Positions 12,831 through 25,457 of a DNA stretch of 64,000 bases are shown here, in pieces; within the stretch, counting starts at the first letter, position 1; each line of letters opens with the position of its first letter. The notes under the pieces are model-generated. The model made no database searches and was not told where the DNA came from. It worked only from the letters and a program-made list of their open reading frames with translations. The position numbers and the translations under genes are program-made. The stretch spans positions 48,928,848 to 48,992,847 of the forward strand of contig NC_057728.1 of NCBI RefSeq assembly GCF_004010195.1. The letters run 5' to 3'. This DNA comes from Chiloscyllium plagiosum (lineage: Eukaryota).

Positions 12831-13358
12831 ATCAAACCAACGAGCACCAGAAGGCTATGGAAAAAAAGGAGGTGAGTGTGTGTGCGCGCGCACGTGCCTG
12901 TGTGTGGGGAGTAGGGGAGAGTGGGGAGAGAGAAAGACAATTAGTTGGATAAAACTAAACTGGGCACAGCAGTGAGGGACGAAATTTCATGTAAACAAGT
13001 TGAAATATACATAGGAAAAAAATAAATGAGACACATTATTGAACGAATTGTGCTGAAATTACCGATGGATAAAGAGAAACAAGATTAAAATGCCTTTTTG
13101 GACAGCAGAGCAAAGTGAAGGGACTGAATGCCTACTCATGAACCTAATCTGTGCTTGAAACCACAGTTGAAGTATAAAAATCATTATTAAATAGTCAATT
13201 GTATTTACAAATAAACAATGCACTTCAGAATTATTATATATACACATGAACGGCTCAAACTGAATTTGAAATAAGTCAACTTCTCAAAGCATACTTGTGA
13301 ATACAAATTCTAAGAGACAGTTGTTCTTCTGAATCCGGTTAATAAGTGGTTGACATAC

Positions 13359-13545
13359 CTTGCCCAGTTTGACATCTTCGGCCACTTTCAAAAGAGAAGA
13401 GGTTAGAATCATAGCCATAACGACGCAGGCAGAGGTAGGGCCATTTCACAGGATCTCTCTTCCGTGTATGTAAAATCAATTCTGTATCTGTAAGTTCCAT
13501 TATACCAGAACCCAGCTCATTACCATCATCATCCACGTTAATCAC
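13359..13545 (-). CDS. FRS2: FRS2 coding exon 2 (187 nt), IRS-type PTB domain: VINVDDDGNELGSGIMELTDTELILHTRKRDPVKWPYLCLRRYGYDSNLFSFESGRRCQTGQ(G)
   Basis: Near-identical to the FRS2 PTB domain. Acceptor ttttctccacag| and donor CAAG|gtatgt; phases 0/1 fit the neighbouring exons. Confidence 0.97.
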
Positions 13546-14135
13546 CTGTGGAGAAAATACACTTTAAACCTTAGAGTTTTAAGAACTAGATACCACTTGC
13601 ATAATAAAAATGTGTTCCAAAATATCAATCACTTGTGTCAATCTTAACTCCATGGAAACAGTACTTGGATTTGGGTATCATGATGCTCAACTAATCGAGA
13701 AGCAGCAGTTTTAATCCAAAAGTTCATATGATGTGGTTTCTGGATCTCCATTAGCATGGGCAAAGCTATACTGTTAAAAGCAAGGATCCTGTTTATGCTA
13801 GCGAGTTGGAAAATACTGGTGAAGGTTAGAATCCTAAATATATCCTGATTATGGTTGTAAAAGTACAGAAGTCTCTTATTTCATTTTTCTTTTTAACTCT
13901 TTTCATAACATTTTCTTTTGGCTGCAGCTTTTTCAAGAATTTTCCAATTAGCAACCATTTACAAGTAATGTATATACAACATTGTGATGCTCAACTGCAT
14001 AACTTCAGGTGTAACAATGATTTCTGAATAAATTTTCAGGGATGAATAGCAAAGACGTTCCAATACATATGACCATGTTCCAGAGGGAAAGAAACATACA
14101 CACACATAAAAGACTGTAGGCTTAAAACATATTAC

Positions 14136-14201
14136 CTTAAATTTTGCTAGATGGTCATCTGGGACAGTGTCTTTATCTGGACAGCTACAAGAGCTACCCA
14201 T
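14136..14201 (-). CDS. FRS2: FRS2 first coding exon (coding part, 66 nt): MGSSCSCPDKDTVPDDHLAKFK; whole exon 14227-14136 includes 26 nt of 5'UTR
   Basis: Translation matches the vertebrate FRS2 N-terminus (MGSCCSCPDKDTVPDNHRNKFK). Acceptor ttttttatttcag ends at 14228; donor AAG|gtaat at 14135; phase 0. Confidence 0.96.
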
Positions 14202-14719
14202 GACTTCTTCAGAAGACCGCCTGATCTCTGAAATAAAAAACATTTGAATGTGACTTATACTCAGGTCAAAATATTAAGTGTTTTCCATTTTACATTACTT
14301 TGATTTTTTCTAAATGTCTAATTCCGTTCATAGTTAGGTTATGCTTTCACTCCATAGATGCAGCCAGACTTGCTGAGTTTCTCCAGCAATTTCTGTTTTG
14401 GTTTCAGATCTTCAGCATCCCCAGTTCTTCATTTTATTTTAGGTTTAATTTAATTTTGTTTCAAGTGTAAGAGACTGAAAGGAATCAATACTCATATTAT
14501 TGTCAGACAAAAAAATAGTTTAATGCCATTATCAAGAGAACAAAGAATTAAAGTTCAGTAATCCCACCTCATCCATGAATCCAAGACATACCAAAAGTAA
14601 ATGAAATAATGAATTCAAGATTATTGTGGTCATTACATGTACAGCTGTTTTCCTAAATTAAAAACCAAATATCACAACACATGCCAAGTTTAAGCAATTT
14701 ACCAAATAGCTGGTTGATA

Positions 14720-15845
14720 GCGATAGAAAGGTTGCCAGATATGATTTTATTTAAGTTTTGTGGTGATGTAGGTAGCATATTAGCATAGGTCAAGAATTGG
14801 CTCACTAATAAAAGACATAACGTTGATATAAATGGCTAACTGTCAGCATGGCAACTAGTGGAGTGCCACAGGGATCATTGCTGAGGGCACAATTATTTAC
14901 AATATAAATGACTCTGATGACAGACCAAGTTTGCAGATGACACAAAAACAGGTGAGAAGGCAAATGGTTAGGCTGACAAAGTGGCTGCAGAGGGACATAC
15001 ACAGGTTAAGTGAGTGGGCTTAACTTTGGTAGATGGAACACAATGTGGGGAAATATGAAGTTATGCATTTTGGCAGGAAGAAGTGGGGAGTATTATTTAA
15101 ATGGAGGAAGACTTAGAAAGCTGCCGCATAAAGGGACTTGGGGGTCCTCATGCATAAATCACAAAAAGATAACACAAATTCAGTAGGTAATAGGGAAGGC
15201 AAATTGAACATTGATTTTTATTTCAGAGGGAATGAAGTATAAAAATAGGGAACTCTTAGTGGAATTATATAAGGCACTAGTTAGACCATACATGGAATAC
15301 TGGAAAAAGCTTTGAGCTCCTTATCTAAGGAAAGATATAGAAGCATTGGAGGCAGTCAGATAATTCACTAAGTTGATTCCAGGCATGGAGGGATTCTCAT
15401 GAGGGGTGGTTGGTAGGTTGGGCCTGTACCTATTGAAGTTTAGAAGAATAAGAGGCAACCTCAGCTATACATTCAACATTCTTAGTAGGTTTGACAGGGT
15501 AGATGCTGAGAGGTTGTTTCACTTCTGGGCGAGTCTAGAATCAGATGGCATAATCTCAAAGTAATGCAACAACCACTTAAAACAACAATGAGGAGTTTTA
15601 TTTTTCTCATATGGTCGTGAATCTTTACTACAGTGGGTTGTAAAGGCTGGGTTGTAACGCACAGTTCAGGCTCAGATAGACAGACTTATTATTAGTTATA
15701 TATTATTATTATTAGTAGTAAGAGAATCAAGGTCTATGGGGAAAGGGTAGGAAAGTGGATTTGAGAATGATCAGATCAGCCATGAACTCACTGAATGGCA
15801 CAGCAAACTCAACAGGCTGAATGGCCTACTGTTGCTCCTACATCT
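14720..15845 (+). mobile_element. Degraded CR1-type LINE (RT and 3' end)
   Basis: SGVPQGS (agtggagtgccacagggatca) and KFADDTK (aagtttgcagatgacacaaaa) remnants plus a CR1 tail. Confidence 0.85.
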
Positions 15846-17119
15846 GACGTATCTTCAATAACTGAAATGGATTCAGAATGAAGACAGAACACCAATGTTA
15901 AATTTCATTTTCTAAGTATTCTGTAATCTGAATAAGCAATCATAAATGACTAACTTTGCATAAATGAGGAAGAATTCAGATTGATTGGAAGGAAAAAAGT
16001 GATCTGTGTTTATGAGCAACATAAGTAGACTTGGTTTGACTGTGTTTTAAAACTGTGGTGGTGTTTGTCAAAAATACATTTCTTATACGTATTCCCTTTA
16101 TATTTTGCAGGTGAGAAGTTCAAAAAGGTTTGTACAAAGGTTAATCATTTCAAGTGGAATTGTTGCAATTTAAAGTTGGTTGTTTTGGCTGCTATTTTTC
16201 TAGTAACTGATTTTATGATACATTCAATACACTACAATACTGATTGAGGTACAGGTGCAGATCTACAGCAGGAAGAAAGCAATTATGACAAACTTTTCAT
16301 CAGAAATTTCTAACCAAACTTACTGACTTAAATTTATCAACAAATGAACAGAATTGGGAAATTAGATCCTCAAAGGGCTGATAAAAATTCCACATTTGCT
16401 ATTTAGTTAAGATAAGTTGATAGCCCTATCCGATGGAACTGTGAAATTTTTAGGTCTGAACGCTGGTCTAAAGAAAGTCAGAATTTTGATTTAGTCATGA
16501 GTAATCACTGCCCCAGAACCTAGAAGATTGCATCCTGGCTTATATGAAACTGTTTGGACAGTATCACTACAAAGCCTGTACACTCCATTCCCCCAAACCC
16601 ACTACACCCACAACCCCTTCAAAAGATCTAGGAAATCAAGATTTCATGCTTGACTTGCTTTGAAATTCTTTGGCTAAGCATCTAATTACTCTGGATTCTT
16701 TCTTTGATAGATGGCAATCTTTCCCTTTACTCTTAATATGAGGGTCAACATAAACTGCGAAGGATTATTGTAAATACTTAGTGAAAGAGAAAGTCAGGTG
16801 CAAAAATATTTCATCCAATCATTTGCTTTCTCACTGCTAATATCTCTAGCAGGAAATTTGTGAAATGCATAAACTTCATATGTACAGAATACATATTTTC
16901 TAACCCTATAGTTCAGTACATTTAATAGTTACAATAAAAACTTTAATTGCATAACGAACCCAATTCATTTAAAGTAGACTACAGTAACATACTGTCTATA
17001 AAATCATACATGCTTTTCTCAGTCTCGTAAGTATATCAGTTACCATTTCAAAGATAGAATTGTGCACTTGAAATTGCATTGTTCTGTCATTACTGGTACT
17101 TGAGAAGGTGACTTAAAAG

Positions 17120-17390
17120 TAGTTCTGGGATTTACATATTAACTTGCAATCGATTCTAAAAGATGAGAAACTTAACAATCCAGGTTTGTTCAATACATCA
17201 TTTCAGTTTCACGACCCTGTAATCTTTTGCTATAAATTCTGTCACATGATCTTATACTCCACAACCAACTGACGAAGGAGCAGCACTCTGAAAGTTAGTG
17301 CTTCCAAATAAACCTGTCGGACTACAATTTTGGTGTTTGCAATTTTTAACTTTGTCCACGCCAGTCCAACACCAGCTCCTCCACATCACG
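17120..17390 (+). mobile_element. PLE family B terminal fragment with hammerhead motif 17269-17300
   Basis: ctgacga-a-ggag-cagca-ctct-gaaa-gt-ta-gtg followed by cttccaaataaacctg...ccagtccaacaccagctcctccacatca. Confidence 0.75.
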
Positions 17391-19329
17391 ACTCTTTTTT
17401 TCAATCACTTTTCTGTGATGTCACATTAGTGTATGCTCAATACATCTTCTTTAGATTAGGTTAATTACGTGTCATTTTACTATATGCAGCAGTTCCAGCC
17501 CTCAATACCCAAAATTCGGGAATTTAATCCTAATAAATTTGTAAAATTGATCACCTCAACAGCTGAAGTCAACAGCCGGTACGACTTTAACCAAATGAGT
17601 TGTCTGAATAATACTTTTGATAAGAGTCTAGATTAAGTGGTCTTTTTTGCATGTGTTATGCTCATACCTCTCTTTATCCACAAACACATGATACAATGTT
17701 TGACCTGGTGTTAAGTATTGACTATCTGAAACCAGATCTTGGAATTACTAGTATCATGCAGTTTGGAATGGATAGGAGATTCTGCTAAGCGGACTTGATG
17801 ATTCTGATATTCAAGCCATCAAGGCCAAAGACTTGGCTGTCCTTCCAAATGACATCCGCTTTTTGGCGATTGCTCCAGTACATCTTTTAAACAAGAACTA
17901 TGAATCAAACCTAAAAGGTTGATTCAATGGGATGTGACACTCTAAAGCATTAGACATCATCTGCTTTATCTCAATTTAGATTAGATCACAGTTCACCAGG
18001 TCACCAAGTTTACTGCCCTCCAATGCTAAATAAAAGCAGATTTCTCCTGTGCCAAAGAAAAGTCATATTGGACTTTAACATTAACTCTTTTTCTCTACCA
18101 AGTGCTCCCAGAGGTGCAGAGTTTCTCCAGCAATTTCTGTTTAATTTCTGATTTCCAGTATCTGCACTATTTTGCTTCTGTTCATCTCATGATTGTTTGG
18201 AAGATATTATAGACACAAGTTAACTTGCATACATAACAATAATAATTTCAGCCATACTACAAGCAGTAACTGATAACGTAAAATAGATGCATTTCAATGC
18301 GAATGACAATATGTCAATTTAAACAGTAAATCTATAACTATGAATCGTTCGTCAAGTACACTGGGTTGCAGTATATATAGGTTATTTAAAACCAATTCAG
18401 CTGCAATGTTAAGGTTTTGGATTTCAAGGCAATGAACAGCTGCCTGGATGTCAATGCTAAGTAACAGTTCCCATTAGCTCAAAGTCTCGAAATGGTGTGA
18501 AGTCATTAGCAAACAATGTTGTGTTATGGACATTCAAACTGATCAAACAGGCATCATGATAACTGAAGTTTGGTTAGTTCAACAAACAGACCAAATCAAT
18601 TTACTGCTCCTTGCCAAACAGACAAGATTGTAATGACAAATGGACACCAACTGTCCACACAAAAAGCTTCATCACCATGAATGGACACTTCTATCCAGAA
18701 GATCTTAAAGTACTTGATTCCAAGTCTTGTCTATCCATGTTTTGAATGCAGTGCACTTAATGAAAAATGAGGGTGACCAGGGATAGTGACAGCATTATTC
18801 CTTACGCTCACTAGTGAATTTTCCAGCAAATTTACAGAACATCATTTTCTGCTTGGGAACTCTGCAGCCTTCTGGGCTAAATATCAAGTTCAAGGGCTTA
18901 AGGCACCTTCTTCCGCGTCCTTACCCCAACCCCACACACTAGGCCTTGATTTCTCTGATTAACTCCTACTCTCCACAGACGCTGCCAGATCTGCTGAGTT
19001 TTTTCCAGCAATTTCTGTTTTTGTTTCTACAGAATCAAGTTGCTCTAAGGTATGTGGATGATTGTGAAATGCCACTTAACATTTAATATCAGTTTACAGA
19101 AATAACTAACAATTTGAGAGAACTCACGATTAAAAAAAGATCTAGACTAGATTATATGGTAAACTTTGTATTGAAAATTTTTCATTTATTTAATATGGAG
19201 AATGGATATGTAGTTGGTACGCTGCAATACTTGAAGACGACGACTGACTTGATTTATCCTTTCACCCTGCATCTGCCCCAATTTATTTTCTAATTCCCTC
19301 TGCCAAGGACCGTAAGAAACTATAGAAAT

Positions 19330-20000
19330 TTGTGTACATAGCCCAGACCATCACAGAAGCCAACCTCCCATCCATGGATTTCACTTACACTTCTCATTGC
19401 CACAGAAAGGCTGCCAACATCATCAAAGACTCCCCCCACTCCAAAAATGCTCTCTTCCAACCTAATATCAGGCAGAATCTTGAACACATGTACCAATGGA
19501 TTCATGAACAACTTCTTCCCCTGCTGTTATAGACTGTTGAATGGCACAGTGGCTCAGTGATTAGACCAGCCTTGGGTAACTGTGTGTGGAGTTTGCACAT
19601 TCGCCCTGTGTCTCTGTGGGTTTCCTCCGGGTGCTCCTGTTTTCTCCCACAATCCAAAGATGTGCAGGTTAGATGAACTGGCCATGCTAAATTGCCCATA
19701 ATGTGAGATGCATTCGACAGGGCTAAATATAGGATAGGGGAATGGGTCTGGGTGCATTACTTTTCGGAAGATTGGTGTGGACTTGTTGGACCGAAGGGCC
19801 AGTTTCCATACTATAGGGAATCTAATCTAATCAAATAGTATCGATGTTTCTTTGTGCACCTCCAATGCAGCCGCAAGTTTGTATGCATTGTTCTGTCTAA
19901 GCATCCCTTGATCGGTATGTCTATAATCTGCCTGTACTGCTTGCATTACAAAGCTCTTCACTGTACTCAGGTACATGTGAACACAACAAATCAAATCAGA
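19330..20000 (+). mobile_element. Rex1/Babar-like LINE 3' end split by an HE1-like SINE at 19543-19832
   Basis: Coding remnant AQTITEANLPS...RKAANIIKD; tail ttcactgtactcaggtacatgtga..caaatcaaatc is shared with 53995-54270. The SINE V-domain is obvious. Confidence 0.7.
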
Positions 20001-20091
20001 TCTTCCAACTACTCATTGAAATATGCAAGATTCTGAAGGGGTTCGGAAGGATGGACACTGGCAGGAGTGTTTCCTCTTCAGGAGGATTTCA

Positions 20092-20353
20092 GTCTTGGGC
20101 GACTCCCTGTGTGGAGTTGGCACATTTTTTTCCTTGTCTACATGAGTTTCCTCCCAAAATCCAATGATGTGCAGATTAGGTGAATTGGCCATGCTAAATT
20201 GCCCATAATGTTTAGGGATGTGTAGGTTAGTTACATTAGTCAGGGGAAACAGAGTAATAGGGTAGGGGAATAGGCCTGGGTGGGTTATTCTTCAGAGGGC
20301 CAATGTGGATTTGCTGGGCCAACCTGTTCCCACACGGTAGGGATTCTATTCTA
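20092..20353 (+). mobile_element. 5'-truncated HE1-like SINE
   Basis: tgtggagttggcacatt...ggtgaattggccatgctaaattgccc...gggattctattcta. Confidence 0.8.
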
Positions 20354-21187
20354 CAAACTTATGAAAAATAAAAACAGGCTTCAAACTAATGGTATTTTAC
20401 AGCAAATAGTACACCAATAATCGAGGTGTCCTTTATAAATTTCAAATAATCTTTCACCCTTTATAATTTAAGTTTATCTTTACTGCTGAATTAACACAAC
20501 GGCGACATGATTGGATTAAAGGACTTGTGCTCTAAGATAAGTAATGATGCAATTTTATTAGCATTCATGAGATGATCTTATCAGCCACCTAGATGTAGAT
20601 TCCTGTAACGTTACAATCTCTTACAACGTTTTGGTCTTTCAAAAACTTCCTTCAGCCTAACTGTAAGCAAATATTCTCTTCTGGAGTTCTTTTCCATTGG
20701 AAGGAGAATCACAGCCAAATCCTTACATATGATGGAAGGTTTTGTGCACAGGAGAAAGAAAGGTTATTTGAAGAGATCGTACAAGCTCCTTTAACATGGT
20801 GACCAAAAAAAAATTCCGCAACAAAAAGAAATTCTATATTTTGTTACCCTGAAACTTGGAATTGTGCAATGATACGATTGAGAAATGTCTCAGGTTTACT
20901 GTTGATTCAATAAAACTTGACATGGTCCTTACACTGATGAATAAATACGAGAGTGCACAAAAACAGTCAATGCGATGACTTAGACAGTTGCAAAATGGCA
21001 CACTCATCTGCAGCACAATCTAAATCTCTGATTTATTTTGAATTATCAGCTTCAGTGTATCAGGTTCTGAGACCCTTACTGGGTTAACTTGCCCTATACT
21101 GCAGCAGAGATGCAAGTTTTAGTGAAAAAGCCCCAAACAATGCCTGAATTTCCTTCTGTGTCCTTACGTATTTCTTTCCAACAGACT

Positions 21188-21510
21188 TTTTTATTCATTC
21201 ACATCTTGCCCACACCTAATTGTCCAGAGGGCAGTTGAGAGTCAATCACATTAATGTGGATGTGGAGTCACACATAGGCCAGGCCAGGTAAAGATGACAG
21301 TTTCCTTTCCAAAAGAATATTAGTGAACCAGATAGGTTTTTCCAATAATCGACAATATAGAGTCATAGAGATGTACAGCATGGAAACATCGACCCTTCGG
21401 TCCAATTTGTCCATGCCGACCAGATATCCCAACCCAATCTAGTCCCACCCTCCAAACAGTTTCACGATTGTCATTATACTCTTTATTGCAGATATTTTAA
21501 AAAATTCAAA
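21188..21510 (-). mobile_element. SINE (family also at 23385-23700 + and 33480-33660 -) with a short HER1 tail inserted at ~21357-21450
   Basis: agagggcagttgagagtcaatcacat...ggagtcaca...ccaggtaaagatgacagtttcc is reverse-similar to 23560-23650; internal atagagtcatagagatgtacagcatggaaac. Confidence 0.7.
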
Positions 21511-21589
21511 CTATCGAGGACCCCAGTCAAGCAATAATACCTTTGAAAAGGTAACAAGTAGACCAAGGAAACCTGGTGGATGTCACCTA

Positions 21590-21984
21590 GGTAAAAACAA
21601 TGACTGCAGATGCTGGAAAGCAGATTCTGGATTAGAGTGTGCTGGTAAAGCACAGCAGTTCAGGCAGCATCCACAGTGGACTTCACCAGTTTCCTCATTT
21701 CCTCTTCCCCACCTCACCCCAGTTCCAAACTTTCAGCTCTGCACTGTCCCCATGACTTGTCCTATCTGCCTATCTTCCTTTCCACCTATCCACTCCATCC
21801 TCCTCTCTGACCTATCACCTTCATCCCACCCCCACTCACCTATTGTACTCTATGCTACTTTCTCCCCACCCTCACCCTCCTCTCATTTATCTCTCCACCC
21901 TTCCGGCACTCTACCTGTATTCCTGATGAAGGGCTTTTGCCCGAAACATCGATTTTCCTGCTCCTTGGATGCTGCCTGAACTGC
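21590..21984. mobile_element. PLE family A insertion (inverted 3' end plus ~310-nt sense 3' region) inside the CR1 LINE, with 15-bp TSD
   Basis: TSD ggtggatgtcaccta 21575-21589 / ggtggatgttaccta 21985-21999 (1 mismatch); same left terminus (gtaaaaacaatgactgcagatgctgg) as 3797. Confidence 0.85.
21919..21953 (+). ncRNA. Minimal hammerhead ribozyme motif (PLE family A)
   Basis: CTGATGA (21923-29), A, GGGC-tttt-GCCC, GAAA (21943-46), CA, TC; weak stem I. Confidence 0.65.
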
Positions 21985-23384
21985 GGTGGATGTTACCTAC
22001 CTAGACTTCCAAAAGACCTTTCATAAGGAGGCTGCTGAATAAGGTGAGGGCCCATGGTGTTTGAGGTGAGCTACTGGTAGGATTGAGGATTGGCTGTCTG
22101 ACAGAAGGCAGAGAGTTGGGATAAAACGTTCTTTTTCAGAATGGCAGCTAGTGATAAGTGGTGCTCCAGAGGGTTCAGTGTTGGGGGCGCAGCTGTTCAC
22201 TTTATATATTAATGATCTGGACGAAGGGACTGGGGGCATTCTGGCGAAGTTCACTGATGATACGAAGTTAGGCGGACAGGCAGATAGTACTGAGGAGGTG
22301 GGGAAGCTGCAGAAAGATTTAGACAGTTTAGGAGAGTGGCCCAAGAAATGGCTGATGAAATTCAATTGAGTAAATGCGAGGTCTTGCACTTTGGAAGAAA
22401 GAACACAGACATGGACTATTTTCTAAACGGTGAGAAAATTCATAAAACCAAAGTACCAAGGGATCTGGGAGTGCTTGTCCAGAAGTCTCTAAAGGCAGAC
22501 TTGCAGGTTTAGTCCGTGGTTAAGAAAGCAAATGTAATATTGTCATTTATCTCAAGAGGGTTGGAATGTAAAAGCAGTGATGTTCTGCTGAGACTTTATA
22601 AATCTCTGGTTAGGCCCCAATTAGAATACAGTTTCCAGTTTTGGACCCCACACCTCAGGAAGGATATACTGGCACTGGAGCACATCCAGCGGAGATTCAC
22701 ACGGATGGATCCCTGAAATGGTAAGTCTAACATACGATGAATGGCTGAGGATTCTGGGATTGTATTCACTAGAGTTTAGAAGATTGAGGGGAGATCTAAT
22801 AGAAACTTACAAGATAATGCATGGCTTAGAACAGGTGGACGCTGGGAATTTGTTTCAGTCAGGTGGGGACACTAGGACCTGTGGGGACAGCCTTACAATT
22901 AGAGGGGGTCAATTTAAAATGGAAATGAGGAGACATTTCTTCAGCCAGAGAATGGTGGGCCTGTGGAATTCATTGCCACAGAGCGCAGTGGAGGCTAGGA
23001 CGTTAAATGTCTTCAAGGCAGAAATTGATAAATTCTTAATCTTGCAAGAAATTAAGGGATATGCGGAGAGTGCGGGTAAGTGACGTTGAAATGCTTATCA
23101 GCCATGATTGAATGGCGGAGTGGACTCGATGGGCTGAATGGCCTTACTTCCACTCCTATGTCTTATGGTCTTAATATCAATAGGCCTCCCCTTGATCAAG
23201 TATTTTGGTAAATTAGCTCAGGTGACCTTCATGGTTGATCCAAAACTTGTGAGAAGTAAAGTTTTCAACAGATGGGAAAAACCCAAGTCGCCAAATTCTA
23301 ACTGAGGTTGTGGGAGAGCTGCTCTGTGGTAAATCTTTCCATAGTTCTAAATCTATCTTGCTAGTTAAATTACTAAAAGCCCAT

Positions 23385-23700
23385 TATAAGTGATGGCTTA
23401 GTAGTATTATTGCTAGATGATTAATCCAGAGACATTGGTAATGTTCTGGGGACCTGGGCTTGAATTCCACTATGGTGGAATTTGAATTCGTGAAAATCGC
23501 TGGAATTAAGATTGTAATGATGACCATGAAACAGCTGTCAATTGTTGGAGAAACAAAAATCCATCTGGTTCACTAATGACCTTTATGGATGGAAATTGCT
23601 GTCCTTACCTGGTCTACATGTGACTTTCAGACTGTTAACTGCCCTCTGGTCAATAAGGGATGAGCAATAAATGATGGCTGAGCAGGCGATGCCCAGGAAC
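23385..23700 (+). mobile_element. tRNA-derived SINE
   Basis: gtgatggcttagtag (A-box-like), gggcttgaattcc (B-box-like); body homologous to 21188-21510. Confidence 0.7.
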
Positions 23701-25213
23701 AAACGATATAAAAATTAGAAGTGCTACAATCAGCTTCAACTTCTCCCATTTCAGGGACTTGCTGGTGACTTCACCTGTGAAGTGCCCCTTTGTGGCCAGG
23801 ACAGGATCATGCTCAATGCTTTTGTAATCAAGCAGCCTTTTGATACTAAATGCTACAGAAGGACAGAATGGGAGGCAACAGAGAAGGGGGAGTGGCGTTT
23901 TTGATAAGGGATAGCATTACAGCTGTACTGAGGGAGGATATTCCCGGAAATACATCCAGGGAAGAAATTTGGGTGGAAATGAGAAATAAGAAAGGGATGA
24001 TCACCTTACTGGGACCCCCTAATAGTCGGAGGGAAATTGAGAAACATATTTGTAAGGAGATCTCAGTTATCTGTAAGAATAATAGGGTGGTTATGGGAGG
24101 AGATTTTAACTTTCCAAACATAGACTGGGATTCCCATAGTGTTAAGGGTTTAGATGGAGAGGAATTTGCTAAGTGTGTACAAGAAAGTTTTCTGATTCAG
24201 TATGTGGATGTACCTACTAGAGAAGGTGCAAAACTTGACCTACTCTTGGGAAATAAGACAGAGCAGGTGACTGAGGTGTCAGTGTGGGAGCACTTTGGGG
24301 ACAGTGACCATCATTCTATTAGATTTTAAATAGTGTTGGAAAAGGATAGACCAAATCTAAAAGTTGAATTTCTAAAGTGGAGAAAGGCCAATTTTGACAG
24401 GATTAGGCAAGAACTTTCAAAAGCTGACTGGGGGCAGATGTTCGCACTTAAAGGGACGGTTGGAAAATGGGAAGCCTTCAGAAATGAGATAACGAGAGTC
24501 CAGAGGCAGTATGTTCGTGTTAGGGTGAAAGGAAAGGCTGGTAGGGAATGCTGGATGACTAAAGAAATTGAAGGTTTGGTTAAGAAAAAGAAGGAAGCCT
24601 ATGTTAGGTATAGAAAGGATAGATCAAGTGAATCCTTAGAAGAGTATAAAGGCAGTAGGCATATACTCAAGAGGGAAATCAGGAGGGCAAAAAGGGGACA
24701 TAAGATAGCTTGGACAAATAGAATTAAGGAGAATCCAAAAGGTTTTTACAAATACATTAAGGACAAAAGGGTAACTAGGGAGAGAATAGGGCCCCTCAGA
24801 GATCAGCATGGCAGCCTTTGTGTGGAGCCACTAAATGAGTATTTTGCATCTGTATTTACTGTGGAAAAGGTCATGGAAAATATAGAATGTAGGGAGATAG
24901 ATGGTGACATCTTGAAAAATGTCCATATTACAGAGGAGGAAGTGCCAGCTGTCTTGAAATGCATAAAAATGGATAAATCCCCAGTACCTGATCAGGTGTA
25001 CCCTAGAACTCCGTGGGAAGCTAGGAAAGTGATTGCTGGGCCTTTTGCTGAGATATTTGTATCGGTAGTCACAGGTGAGGTGCCAGAAGACTGGAGGTTG
25101 GCTAACATGGTGCCACTATTTAAGATGGTAAGGACAAGCCAGGGAACTATACACCAGTGAGCCTGATGTCGGTGGTGGGCAAGTTGTTGCAGGAAATCCT
25201 GAGGTACAGGACA

Positions 25214-25457
25214 TACACAGGAACCTCGATTATCCGAACGAGATGGGCGGGCACGATATCGTCCGGATAATTGATTGTTTGGTTAATCGATTCAACGCCT
25301 TTCCTCTGGGGCTCGGAGTGTTCTATTACGTCTGCTGCCCATTCAGGAGACTAGCAGCAACACACCGTGGGCGAGCCCTTGCCCAATCCCAAAACCTCCC
25401 ACCGCCTGGCTCCCAAGCCCCGTCCAACACTGCCCCCCACCCACCCGCGATGTCCGC
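25214..25457. mobile_element. Left end of a putative pogo/Tigger-like DNA transposon inserted in the LINE, truncated by the gap
   Basis: LINE homology stops abruptly; ta-cacaggaacctcgattatccgaa resembles pogo-type TIRs; CpG-rich, which suggests a young insertion. Confidence 0.55.

Larger units (their letters stand above)
21540..23172 (+). mobile_element. CR1-type LINE (second family): RT domain to 3' tail, frameshifted
   Basis: ORF fragments with GSVLG, YINDLD, KFTDDTKLGG, QRRFTRM and RRHFFSQR; tail ctcctatgtcttatggtctta. Confidence 0.92.

Noticed and set aside
1149..14201. Assignment to FRS3
   Set aside because: CPDKDTVPD, DDDGNELGSGIMELTDTELIL, EEPVVERN and PRTPRTPT are FRS2-type; only a few residues are FRS3-like.
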